A stretch of DNA of 63,478 bases, counting the filler, from Octopus bimaculoides (Eukaryota): assembly GCF_001194135.2 (NCBI RefSeq). It is 5 parts of 5 records of this genome, joined end to end, with 100 filler letters (N's around TTAATTAATTAA, not from the genome) between each part and the next. Parts side by side here need not be neighbours in the genome. Positions count along the whole stretch, not along the records: positions 17,470 to 48,347 come from NC_068986.1; 4 more parts are not named here. One strand, written 5' to 3'. The notes under the pieces are model-generated. The model was not told the DNA's origin and did no database searches. It saw only the letters and a program-made list of their open reading frames with translations. This document shows positions 27,352 through 38,148 of the stretch, piece by piece (position 1 is the first letter of the stretch; each line of letters begins with the position of its first letter). A program made the position numbers and the translations under genes.

Positions 27352-28075
27352 GTACTACTGCCTCCGCCGCCGCTATCTCCTCCGTCACCACTGCTGTCAC
27401 CGCCCGCGCTGCTGTTGCCGCGCCACCACTGATGTCTCCGCCGTCACAACTGTTGCCAATGTTTTCACTGATGCTACTCCTGTGGACTTTTCTGCCCTTC
27501 CTTTTCTCCTCCCCCTCCTGTAATGTTGTCAGTAACAGAGGGATGAAGAGGAAAAATCTTCAGCATTCAAAAAAATTTTTTTCAGGAGCGGCAATTCTTT
27601 TCGTAACTCTTCCAAGATGCGCTCCGCCATCTTGTTTATTTATATTGGATCCAAACACCCATCGAATGCATTTGGGGGTCATATGTAGCCCTGCTAGGGA
27701 CTAAATAATCACAGGAACCAATGCCAGATCCCTAGTGTTTCTATTAACAAACCGGAACAATGTTTAAACTAAAATAACAGCAACAAACGGATATAAACAA
27801 GAGTTTTAAACAAGACTTACTTCGGCCGTTCGAAAATACCTCTGTCATGTTCAGCAGTAAATATAATAATAATAATCATTTCTACTCTAGGCACAAGGCC
27901 CGAAATTTTTGGGGAGTGGGGCCAGTCGATTAGATCTATTCCAGTACGCAACTGGTACTTAATTTATCAATCTCGAAAGGATGAAAGGCAAAGTCGGCCA
28001 CGGTGGAAGGCGAAATACTGCTAACCATCTCGTCCGGCGTGCTAACGATTCTGCCAGCTCGCCGCCTTAATAATG

Positions 28076-28133
<58 letters not shown>

Positions 28134-28843
28134 GGATCATTTCCCTTTGGCCGGCACATTTAAAAAATAGTTTTTTGTAACTAATTGGTAGAATGTGTCA
28201 CATAAAACATCATTTACTCTTGGCGTTTTTGAGAAAATTGTGTATTTTCGAAGTTATTTCGTGTTAAAGTTGTCGTATTTCGTCTATTGAGGTGAAAACA
28301 ATTACTGCTGTTGTTTGTCAACAACAACTTCCGGTGGTATATATTTCGTTTGTTACTGTTATTTCTGATATATTTACATTTGAGATACACGTGTGTATAG
28401 TTTAATCAATTCAGTTATTAGTCATTTAAAAAAAATTTTCAGTTTATTTTGTTTGTGAAAGTATTTTCGCTTTGTTTTAGCATTTTCGAAATTGCCTATT
28501 TTGGGAATAAAATTACTGCCGTTGTTTGTCAACAACAACTATCGGCGGTATATATTTCGTTTGACACTGTTATTTATGGCATCTTTCGTGCGTTTATTTT
28601 ATTAACTTCGAAAGAATGAAAAGTAAAGTTAACCCCTTCAGGATTCGAAATCAGAATGTAAAGCGACCGAAGAGATGCTGCTAAGCATTCTGTCCGATGC
28701 GCCAACAACTCTATTAGTTGACCATAAAGAGAAACATATACATGGAAGTTACAAAGATGTGTGACGTAAGCGAACTAAATACATAAAAAGGATGGGAGAG
28801 TAAGAGATATGCAATATGTATAACTGTGTGCGGGTCATTGTAC

Positions 28844-28891
<48 letters not shown>

Positions 28892-29972
28892 TATAGGAAG
28901 AAAAGAGATAAGCGATCGGGATGGGCCTTATGTAAGAAGAGAAAAAATAGAAGCTAAATTGTGTTGGCGAGTGAACACATATTTACGAATCTGTCACGTN
29001 NNNNNNNNNNNNNNNNNNNNNNNNNNNNNNNNNNNNNNNNNNNNNNNNNNNNNNNNNNNNNNNNNNNNNNNNNNNNNNNNNNNNNNNNNNNNNNNNNNNN
29101 NNNNNNNNNNNNNNNNNNNNNNNNNNNNNNNNNNNNNNNNNNNNNNNNNNNNNNNNNNNNNNNNNNNNNNNNNNNNNNNNNNNNNNNNNNNNNNNNNNNN
29201 NNNNNNNNNNNNNNNNNNNNNNNNNNNNNNNNNNNNNNNNNNNNNNNNNNNNNNNNNNNNNNNNNNGGCGAGAAGGAAGGAATGAAATTAAGGCAGCGAG
29301 CTGGCTGAATCATTAGCACACAGAGAAAAACGCTTAGCATCATTTCGTCTGTCTTTACGTGCGGGGTTCAAATTTCGCCGATGCTGACTTTGTCGTTTAT
29401 TCTTTCCAATCGATAAAATAAGCTTCAGTTGAGGACTGGGGTCGATATAATCGACTTTACTCCTTCCGCTAAATCACTACCTTTGTGCCAAAATTTGAAA
29501 CCAATACACTACATGAAATCAAGGCGGTGAGCTGGCAGAATTGATAATACGCCGAGCCAGAAACATGCTTAGGAGCATTTTGTCTGTCTTTACGTCCTGA
29601 GCTCAAATTTAACAAATGTCAACTTTATTTTCTTCCTTTCGGGGTCGATTAATTAAGTACCAGTTTAGCATTTCAGTCAATGTAATTGGTTTTCCCCTCA
29701 TCCGAAATTGCTCGCCTTGTGCCAAAATTTGAAACGAATACACTACATGAAATAATTTTTCTGTCTTTCTATTAACAGGTCATCTGCTTAAAATTGGAGA
29801 AAGCTGTCGGAATGAAGGAACACGTTTAATCCCAAATCCTACAGATTGTCACAGATATTATCAATGCCAAGGCGGTTTAGATACGCCCAAAGCGTGCTCT
29901 CCAGATCTAGTTTTTTCGAAAAAAGACCAGGCCTGCGTGCAACAGTGGGAAGCCCCAGACGTCAAATGTTGA
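22238..29972 (+). CDS. Spliced gene join(22238..22550,25108..25305,29779..29972): secreted 234-aa protein with signal peptide and 3 chitin-binding type-2 (CBM14/peritrophin-A) domains
   Basis: Exons of 313+198+194 nt = 705 nt = 234 codons plus TGA. Both introns are GT-AG and phase 1, and the spliced frame is open. Each exon has six Cys in peritrophin-A spacing (13-5-10-13-9; 13-5-10-12-7; 13-5-9-12-10). N gaps in the introns could hide further symmetric exons. Confidence 0.9.
25108..25305 (+). CDS. Exon 2: CBM14 domain 2
   Basis: Acceptor tttttcccttctcaaAG, donor GTAAGT at 25306; (N)DPRCAKNPNGNNPDARNCAQFINCFNSTSMGLQKCPEGLFFSTTNFTCEYPENVVCGSRFTSPEY; 198 nt, phase 1-1. Missed by the ORF track. 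Confidence 0.92.
25423..25895. mobile_element. Tc2/pogo-like MITE (TIR remnants) in intron 2
   Basis: cgtgtataagtcacactc (25423-40) matches the reverse complement of 25865-82 at 14 of 18 positions; right end ...gagtaaatccgg|TA; the left terminus is lost. Confidence 0.55.
25484..25790 (+). mobile_element. Tx1/L1-clade LINE reverse-transcriptase fragment
   Basis: RTIHNSIHL..IIEGVGKEVGKGEAVINLDQSEGFDSVDHQ*LEAVL...AMYNDI*FVVKVNGHLSESFSI, a degenerate version of the RT motifs LDQSKAFDRVDH and VRQGCPLSP. Confidence 0.75.
25940..26870 (-). mobile_element. Decayed ORF1 (gag-like, zinc-knuckle remnant) of a probable Tx1/L1-type LINE
   Basis: ORFs 26528-26773 and 26129-26395 are in the same frame, separated by a few stops. 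...LYVVVQGRKPRC is followed, after a frameshift, by CVLTSCLRAFCP, a CX2CX4HX4C remnant. Confidence 0.55.
26880..27430. repeat. Compound trinucleotide microsatellite (GTT/GCT/TAC/CGC) in intron 2
   Basis: Long (TAC)n with (GCT)n interruptions; it generates the poly-T, poly-L and poly-Y pseudo-ORFs. Confidence 0.9.
29290..29753 (+). mobile_element. Tandem pair of family-A SINEs directly upstream of exon 3
   Basis: Two divergent copies, each followed by the same 17-mer aatacactacatgaaat (29503-19 and 29737-53). Confidence 0.75.
29779..29972 (+). CDS. Exon 3 (terminal): CBM14 domain 3
   Basis: Acceptor tttttctgtctttctattaacAG; (R)HLLKIGESCRNEGTRLIPNPTDCHRYYQCQGGLDTPKACSPDLVFSKKDQACVQQWEAPDVKC then TGA (29970-72) and TAG. 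Missed by the ORF track. Confidence 0.92.
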
Positions 29973-30155
29973 TAGAAAAACGAAATCTTTTAGTTTCGCA
30001 GCATTTAAAATAATTGAGACAAATAATGTCCTCTTGTATAAAGAAAGTCCAATGCAATTAGAAGTTGGAATTTTGTTTCGATTACCAGAAAAACCAACAA
30101 ACCATTTATTTTCATTAATACTTTTCATGTTCTGACGAAAATAGCAGCCATCGTT

Positions 30156-30161
30156 AATAAA
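30156..30161 (+). promoter_or_regulatory. Candidate polyadenylation signal of the CBM14 gene
   Basis: First AATAAA downstream of the stop (about 185 nt); alternatives at 30220 and about 30318. AATAAA is common in AT-rich DNA. Confidence 0.35.
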
Positions 30162-31259
30162 TCAAGAGACGGTTGAGAGAGGATTTGAAGTAATTCAACA
30201 CATGATTCACTTTCTGAATAATAAAACGCTTCACGGGTTCTTACGTTCGAATCTGTCAGAAAGTATTGACCATGAATAATTACCTTATTGTAAAAACTTC
30301 ATTAGAAATCGTGAAAGAATAAAGAGAAAAGAGATTGCTTGTCAAAAATGTGTTATTTTTTAATTGTATACATACGTACGCACACACACATGAGGAGTAG
30401 ATAGACAGCCGACGACTGATGAAGGGTCGTTCTTAGTTTTCCTTGTCCTGTTTTCCATTTGTTTCTCTCGTTGTTTGCGTATTGAACCCATTTGTTGTCG
30501 TATTTCATGTTGTTTACTGTTGGTGACGTCCTGTACCCATATATGCATGTATATGTTCGTGTATATNNNNNNNNNNNNNNNNNNNNNNNNNNNNNNNNNN
30601 NNNNNNNNNNNNNNNNNNNNNNNNNNNNNNNNNNNNNNNNNNNNNNNNNNNNNNNNNNNNNNNNNNNNNNNNNNNNNNNNNNNNNNNNNNNNNNNNNNNN
30701 NNNNNNNNNNNNNNNNNNNNNNNNNNNNNNNNNNNNNNNNNNNNNNNNNNNNNNNNNNNNNNNNNNNNNNNNNNNNNNNNNNNNNNNNNNNNNNNNNNNN
30801 NNNNNNNNNNNNNNNNNNNNNNNNNNNNNNNNNNNNNNNNNNNNNNNNNNNNNNNNNNNNNNNNNNNNNNNNNNNNNNNNNNNNNNNNNNNNNNNNNNNN
30901 NNNNNNNNNNNNNNNNNNNNNNNNNNNNNNNNNNNNNNNNNNNNNNNNNNNNNNNNNNNNNNNNNNNNNNNNNNNNNNNNNNNNNNNNNNNNNNNNNNNN
31001 NNNNNNNNNNNNNNNNNNNNNNNNNNNNNNNNNNNNNNNNNNNNNNNNNNNNNNNNNNNNNNNNNNNNNNNNNNNNNNNNNNNNNNNNNNNNNNNNNNNN
31101 NNNNNNNNNNNNNNNNNNNNNNNNNNNNNNNNNNNNNNNNNNNNNNNNNNNNNNNNNNNNNNNNNNNNNNNNNNNNNNNNNNNNNNNNNNNNNNNNNNNN
31201 NNNNNNNNNNNNNNNNNNNNNNNNNNNNNNNNNNNNNNNNNNNNNNNNNNNNNNNNNNN

Positions 31260-31298
<39 letters not shown>

Positions 31299-31392
31299 CG
31301 GGGTTTTAATTAAAATCATCCCAACTTAGCATGGATCTGTTAGATCACCTCTAAAACAGTTTAAGGGCAGCAGTCCTCTTCTAAAACAGTGG

Positions 31393-31454
<62 letters not shown>

Positions 31455-31974
31455 GCTTGTAGTTCCGTTGGTTTTATATTTTTAATCATTTTGTACCGCT
31501 ACTTCTTATTTTTCCAAACCCTTCTTTTCATTATAACTTCTATTTTAGAGTGTTATTCCCCGTTAAACTAAAGAATTCTGATTAAATAACAGAGAAAGAA
31601 AGAAGTATTGACACAACCTTTTTCTTTCTTTCTTCTTCCTTTAGGAGTGTTTGTCTTAAATATTCTGTCCATACTTTCATATGTTTACACAGATGACACT
31701 GTTTGATGAGACCCACTGACGTTAACTTCCATAATACCACCAGTCGCTCTTAATAACGCGTTTTCTTTTTATATTCTCAAAGAATACATATATGTCCTCT
31801 GAAGTGGTTTATATAAATGGCCAGTTTCTATCCCTAAACCTTTTTATAAACTTAAATAGGTGTTCCTTGACTTTTGTTCTCCTTTGTTTCTGCTCGTCTA
31901 TCATCATCATCATCATCATCATGGTCGTCGTCGTCGTCGTAATTGTTGTTGTCATTATTTTCATATACACTTAA

Positions 31975-32240
31975 CAGATTAGACTGTTGGAAAAGAAGCG
32001 AATCCTAAGATCGAGCTGAAACAAGTAACCTTAGATTCCAAGAACCCTCCTAAGTATCTTAGCTGTCTCTAATAACACTGTTTTCTGCAACTGTACTAAA
32101 CTGGTTTTTATACCTGTTTCCTCTATCCATCTGTTCAGATATTTAGGGATAGTTCCCAATTGACCTATAACTGCTGGGATATATTTTGCCCGCACTTTCC
32201 ATAGTCTCTGTAAGTCAATACCTTGGTCCTGGTACTGTGA
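31975..32240 (-). mobile_element. R4/Dong-like (RLE-type) non-LTR 3' end, copy A
   Basis: YQDQGIDLQRLWKVRAKYIPAVIGQLGTIPKYL...LQKTVLLETAKILRRVLGI stop, the typical RLE C-terminus. Confidence 0.8.
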
Positions 32241-32301
32241 GTCAGTCTCTAACCAAAGTTCAGTATCAATTCCTTGATACTGAACTTGGTTAGAGACTGA
32301 C
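32241..32301. repeat. Fold-back hairpin (28-bp stem, one bulge, 4-nt loop)
   Basis: gtcagtctctaaccaaagttcagtatcaa-ttcc-ttgatactgaacttggttagagactgac. Confidence 0.9.
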
Positions 32302-32489
32302 CCACACGCATGCGCACAGGGAAACAAAAAGAACGGTGTGTGAATAACGGAGTCAACAACTATTGAAAAGGTTGCAAGACGCAACGAAAATTTTAGAAAA
32401 ATTAAGAAAGAAATGAGTGGAAATTTTACCGGTGTGTGTGTTAAATTATAAGGCACTAAAAGAGATTGACCCTCCCCAGACACAACAGA

Positions 32490-33460
32490 ATTGTTATTAT
32501 TCATTCATTCTTTTAACTTCTCCTGATTTATCTATCTCCTCTCAGCCCCGTCCCGCTGCATAGAGACATAATACTTTTCTCAACACATGATCTGTTCCAA
32601 ATATTGCTGCCAACTTAATACTTATGATGTTTGGTATTTGCCACTTTCGTTGCCAGAATATTGCTCTCTTTGAGATGGTCTCAAGCGGAACGATCATAGT
32701 AGGTACCACACTCATTTTTGAGGCGCTATGGATTCTTTTCACTTCCAATCCTAGGTCTTTGTTCTTCCCAACTTTCTCGACCGCTGTCTTCCCAATTCCA
32801 GTCTGCGTGAATAGATTCGTTGATGAAGGTTTATTCTTGTAAAGTAACGTATTACACCTACAACTCATGTGTTGATGCCTCTAATCAGGTTCTCTCCCGT
32901 TAGCTTAGATCCACATAACTTTTTCACTCTTCTGGTATATTCAGAAAAGCTTTTCTCTTTCACTTTGGTGTTTATCATTAGGCCTAACTACAAAACACCA
33001 AGATACTTGTAACCATCTCTTTCTACTTCTCTTATCCGCTCATCATCTGGAAGTTGTACTCCATTTCCATCTACTTTTCAACCTCTCTTCAGTTCAATAA
33101 CAGCACATTTCTCTATATAAACGCCATTTGGATGTCTTGAGAGAAAATTTATACTGTCTGAATATGGGAACCCAATTGAACTCTGTTAGCTTCGTAAAGC
33201 TTCAAATTGTCCAATAACTAGCAGATAATTGATTGGCTAACGTTTTTCTGCAGTTTGTAATTAGTTTCGATTTTTCTCAGCACCATGGAGTAAGAGTGAC
33301 ATAGACTCATTGAAAGATTCCCTCTTGATGTCAACTTATCCAATTTCTCTTCCACCCGCCGTCAGAACTGTCTCCGAGTTTCTCATAAGGTTTTTTAAAT
33401 CCTATTTTTAGCTACCCCTACGATCTCTAGGCAATATTTCAAACATGTGACTTATCAGAA
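32490..33460 (-). mobile_element. R4/Dong-like non-LTR remnant, copy B (RT fragments joined to an RLE C-terminus by an internal deletion)
   Basis: CLEIVGVAKN, VDIKR (GIFQGDSLS-like), IFSQDIQM..IEKCAVIELKRG...GYKYLGVL, EYTRRVKKLCGSKL..NLIRGINT, then DLGLEVKRIHSASK...GTDHVLRKVLCL. Confidence 0.8.
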
Positions 33461-33801
33461 TTGTTCAATATCTATCATCTCTTTCTCAAATCTACTTGAA
33501 ATTTTTGTATCGGCTATTGTGGCATCTTAATTCTAAACTCTGTTCCGTAGCGAAATTTGGCTTCTTTTACATATTTTGACTTCAGTTGACTGCAGCTTAC
33601 GTCCATCGTAATTTGAATTTATAGTATATTATGTTATATTATAATATAAATGAATTATTAGATTGTCAATTGGATCTCTATATTTAATTTATTGTTTGTA
33701 ATTTGGATTATACCCCTATTTCTGCGGTATTCAACTGACGTACCAATGAATTGGATGTTTTACATACCCCTTTGAAGGAATTTCTTTCCTTAGTTCGTTA
33801 C

Positions 33802-33835
<34 letters not shown>

Positions 33836-35657
33836 NNNNNNNNNNNNNNNNNNNNNNNNNNNNNNNNNNNNNNNNNNNNNNNNNNNNNNNNNNNNNNNNN
33901 NNNNNNNNNNNNNNNNNNNNNNNNNNNNNNNNNNNNNNNNNNNNNNNNNNNNNNNNNNNNNNNNNNNNNNNNNNNNNNNNNNNNNNNNNNNNNNNNNNNN
34001 NNNNNNNNNNNNNNNNNNNNNNNNNNNNNNNNNNNNNNNNNNNNNNNNNNNNNNNNNNNNNNNNNNNNNNNNNNNNNNNNNNNNNNNNNNNNNNNNNNNN
34101 NNNNNNNNNNNNNNNNNNNNNNNNNNNNNNNNNNNNNNNNNNNNNNNNNNNNNNNNNNNNNNNNNNNNNNNNNNNNNNNNNNNNNNNNNNNNNNNNNNNN
34201 NNNNNNNNNNNNNNNNNNNNNNNNNNNNNNNNNNNNNNNNNNNNNNNNNNNNNNNNNNNNNNNNNNNNNNNNNNNNNNNNNNNNNNNNNNNNNCATATGT
34301 ACATGTATATATGCATATGTACATGTATATATACACGACGGTCGTGAGAAGTTCGTATTTGAACGAGTGATGCGAGGAGAAAATTGTAACGTACGGAAGT
34401 GAAAATGAAAGCAGAAAAGTTTCACGCAGTGGAAAAATGATAGGCGACATAAGCTAAAGCCAAATCTCTGCATGTGTGTGGATATGAATGAAAATTTGCT
34501 TGTGTAATTGTGCGTGCGTGCATGTTTGCAATATGTGTACAGAAGACAGAATGCGTACACTGGCTTTATACGTGGATATGTATGTGTGTGTGAATGTTGG
34601 ATATATGTGTCCACTGGTTGATTTTTTTTTCTTGTGTGTATGTCACGTGTCATGTGCAGGGTGGTATGGCTTTTGTTTACGATGTGCATGAATCCATGTT
34701 TACAATGAGTGCGTGTGTGCATGTGTGCGTTTATATATATATATATATATACACGCATACCTACATTTTCAAATGTGTATTAATGTGCTGTTGCTGTACG
34801 TGTTGTGTTTTTACATTTTTACATATAAATATATATGTGTGTGTGCGTGTGTGTATGTATATATGTATATATATATATTACATGTATATATATANNNNNN
34901 NNNNNNNNNNNNNNNNNNNNNNNNNNNNNNNNNNNNNNNNNNNNNNNNNNNNNNNNNNNNNNNNNNNNNNNNNNNNNNNNNNNNNNNNNNNNNNNNNNNN
35001 NNNNNNNNNNNNNNNNNNNNNNNNNNNNNNNNNNNNNNNNNNNNNNNNNNNNNNNNNNNNNNNNNNNNNNNNNNNNNNNNNNNNNNNNNNNNNNNNNNNN
35101 NNNNNNNNNNNNNNNNNNNNNNNNNNNNNNNNNNNNNNNNNNNNNNNNNNNNNNNNNNNNNNNNNNNNNNNNNNNNNNNNNNNNNNNNNNNNNNNNNNNN
35201 NNNNNNNNNNNNNNNNNNNNNNNNNNNNNNNNNNNNNNNNNNNNNNNNNNNNNNNNNNNNNNNNNNNNNNNNNNNNNNNNNNNNNNNNNNNNNNNNNNNN
35301 NNNNNNNNNNNNNNNNNNNNNNNNNNNNNNNNNNNNNNNNNNNNNNNNNNNNNNNNNNNNNNNNNNNNNNNNNNNNNNNNNNNNNNNNNNNNNNNNNNNN
35401 NNNNNNNNNNNNNNNNNNNNNNNNNNNNNNNNNNNNNNNNNNNNNNNNNNNNNNNNNNNNNNNNNNNNNNNNNNNNNNNNNNNNNNNNNNNNNNNNNNNN
35501 NNNNNNNNNNNNNNNNNNNNNNNNNNNNNNNNNNNNNNNNNNNNNNNNNNNNNNNNNNNNNNNNNNNNNNNNNNNNNNNNNNNNNNNNNNNNNNNNNNNN
35601 NNNNNNNNNNNNNNNNNNNNNNNNNNNNNNNNNNNNNNNNNNNNNNNNNNNNNNNNN

Positions 35658-35700
<43 letters not shown>

Positions 35701-35781
35701 CATGTATATATATATATACGTATAAATTTATTTAAATCTGGAATAGTGTATTCAAATTATTTATTATTATAATGCGAATAT

Positions 35782-36850
35782 CTAATATTTAGTAGACATG
35801 CCCTTTGCATTTTCAATGCAAGGATCCCATAAGGCATGCTACTGAGCAGATGACGAATATTCTCTTGGGGAATGTCTTGCCAAGTTTCATACAGTAATCT
35901 TAAAAGATCTGACTTTGAGGATACTTTGTTGTTCTTTCTACGAAGTGTCCTGTCCATTATGACCCACGGGTGTTGAATAGGGCTCATATCTGGTGACTGG
36001 CCTGACCATGAAAGTTCTTTAAGGCTATTCTTTTCAAACCAACCTTGGGTCTCTTTAACCGTGTGACAAGGAGCCCCATCTTCCATAAACATTGAGTCTT
36101 CTTTAAAGAAAATTGGAAGGAGTCTTTTTTTGCAATATAGACACATATTTATCTGAGTTTATGTTTCCATCACACTCTACCAGCTCTGATTGACCATTGC
36201 TCTAAATTGCTCCCCAGACTATCACAGAATAGCTGCATTGTTTCATTGTTTGCAGCAATCTTTTCATGTCAAATTCTTGATCAGAGACCCCAAACCTACA
36301 CACGACCACCGTCAGAAAATAAAGCAAATCTGCATTCGTCAGAGAATATGACAGTGTCCCCAACTGTTAGTAGCTACTCCGTCATCTCACTGACTCAATC
36401 TTTTCTCCACTTGCTATTGGCTGGTCGAAGAAATGACTTCCTTCTTGCTGCTCTGCCATAGTAGCTAAGTTTGTGGAGATACCTGACAGCTGCTCTGGAA
36501 CTGACATCAACTTATTCTGCTATATCAGAGGTCTTGCAGTGAAGATTATCTTTCACATTTCACTTAACAAAGCAAAGGGCCCTGTCATCGGGCCCTATTT
36601 GACCTAGGTGATGTGGACTCTTTCAAGTGAATTGCACAATCACCATATTAACTCTGGAAAGCGGGATCCCAAGGTTTTCTGCAATTTTACGTTAAGTTCA
36701 CATTTAGGTTGAGCCACAATAGGACCTCTTTGACATTTGGACAGTTCCAAGGCTTCTTTTGCACGTGGCATGCTTAAACAGTCACATATAACACCTGAAA
36801 CATTAAAATGTCTATTAATAAACAGTATAAACTTTTTCAAGTTAAAATAA
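35782..36850 (-). mobile_element. Decayed Tc1-like (DD34E) transposase gene
   Basis: ATG at 36771 (MPRAKE...); TVIFSDECRF; MEDGAPCHT then 34 residues to SPDMSPIQHPW (catalytic E mutated to Q); C-terminal GMSTKY stop at 35782; several stops and frameshifts. TIRs not found. Confidence 0.88.
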
Positions 36851-37118
36851 ACATAAAACAATGTTTTACGGCGTGTCTATTTATTTCTGTCGTGTCTGTG
36901 TATATATAGCAAGAGGAGGGATATGAATATCCAGGAAGATAATGTGTTGCTCTATGTAAAGTGCCAAGGCCGGATTCTTCCGATGCTCCGTTTTAAGGTC
37001 TATTTCCTAAAAATTACCATCCGATGTTACGGTTTATTTCCTGACTACTTAGAGAGTAAAATCACAAAATTGATAATAAGGAAAACGAATAATTTGGACG
37101 TTCAGATTTTCTGCTTGG

Positions 37119-37231
37119 TTTATTCATAATAACTGTCCGACACATGTTTCAATCGTATCAATTGTATATTTCTGCATATTTATATGCAAGGATTTATTCA
37201 TAATTTGCACGATCTCTTCAGGGTGAATAAA
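37119..37231 (-). ncRNA. Type-I hammerhead ribozyme (probably slightly decayed)
   Basis: Minus strand: TTTATTCA-CC-CTGAAGA-GATCGT-[52 nt]-ACGATT-GAAA-C-ATGT-G-TC/GG-ACAGTTATTA-TGAATAAA. Core CUGAAGA (37221-37215), GAAA (37150-37147), GUC triplet (37141-37139), 6-bp stem II, near-palindromic helix III, stem I of 2 bp + 10-nt bulge + 8 bp. Confidence 0.72.
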
Positions 37232-38057
37232 TGCGTCATTGTCCAAGGAGTAATTCTCCCCGTTATTAGTTTGAATGAAGCTTGGTAATGGTAGTAGTAA
37301 ATCATGCTGTTCAACGATGAGTTGCTATTTACAATTGTTTGTGTAAAAATCTGGTAGCACCGACAACCATCTTTGTTGACGTTGACAAATTTTACTCAAG
37401 CGTTTAGGGATGGTTATTCGTTGAACACTTTTCCTTTGAATTATTCTACGTTTTTTATAGTCATGTGGTATTTTAAATAGATTTTCGAGTTGGTTGTTCA
37501 ATTTTAATTCTGATGGAAATAGTAGTGGGCGATTACAGGTCAGTAGGCACCACATGGTTAATAAAATGAAGCAGTTAATTGTAAATTTTATAAATTTTTT
37601 CAATTTAATTACTATTATTATTTGAGAGAGTTCAATGGCTATAATTACATGGTTTTTGTATTCTATTATTCGTATTTAAAAAAATAAGACGTTGTTTCTG
37701 CAAGCGTATAAACTTCTTTCTTCTCTAGTGTTAACTAATTCATTTTCCGAAGTAAATATTTGGTATAATTCTTCTAGGTATAAATTGCATCTTTCGTCCC
37801 CTATTTTGTGAGGTTTCGCAGAATTAATAATTTCCCATTTTAATGAATCTTTAATATTTTCCTCTTTCAGCGACCATATAAGTTTACTACGACCAGTTGA
37901 AACTTTCAAGATATGATATTCTTTGTTTTATGAAGCATGAGGTAGTATCTATATAGTAATATTTATTTGTATGTGTTGTTACCACACATCTATAGAGGGT
38001 TTTTGTTATTCTACAATTATTTTGAAATTTGCATTTTGTTCTTCTAGCACAATCACA
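37119..38057 (-). mobile_element. 5'-truncated Penelope-like element: GIY-YIG endonuclease C-terminus, 3' UTR and hammerhead
   Basis: CDCARRTKCKFQNNCRITKTLYRCVVTTHTNKYYYIDTTSCFIKQRISYLESF (38057 to about 37895), one frameshift, then STGRSKLIWSLKEENIKDSLKWEIINSAKPHKIGDERCNLYLEELYQI..., stop at 37676. This matches the PLE pattern of Cys-rich linker, GIY/YIG hairpin, RxxxH helix and LSKHIWxLK...CNLC tail. The 5' side ends at a (CA)n tract. Confidence 0.85.
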
Positions 38058-38067
38058 CACACTCACG

Positions 38068-38148
<81 letters not shown>

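Noticed and set aside
37130-37603. Near-continuous minus-strand frame (ORF 37325-37603 plus read-through) resembling a Helitron linker
   Set aside because: No helicase motif follows; the region is better explained as the PLE 3' UTR and hammerhead.
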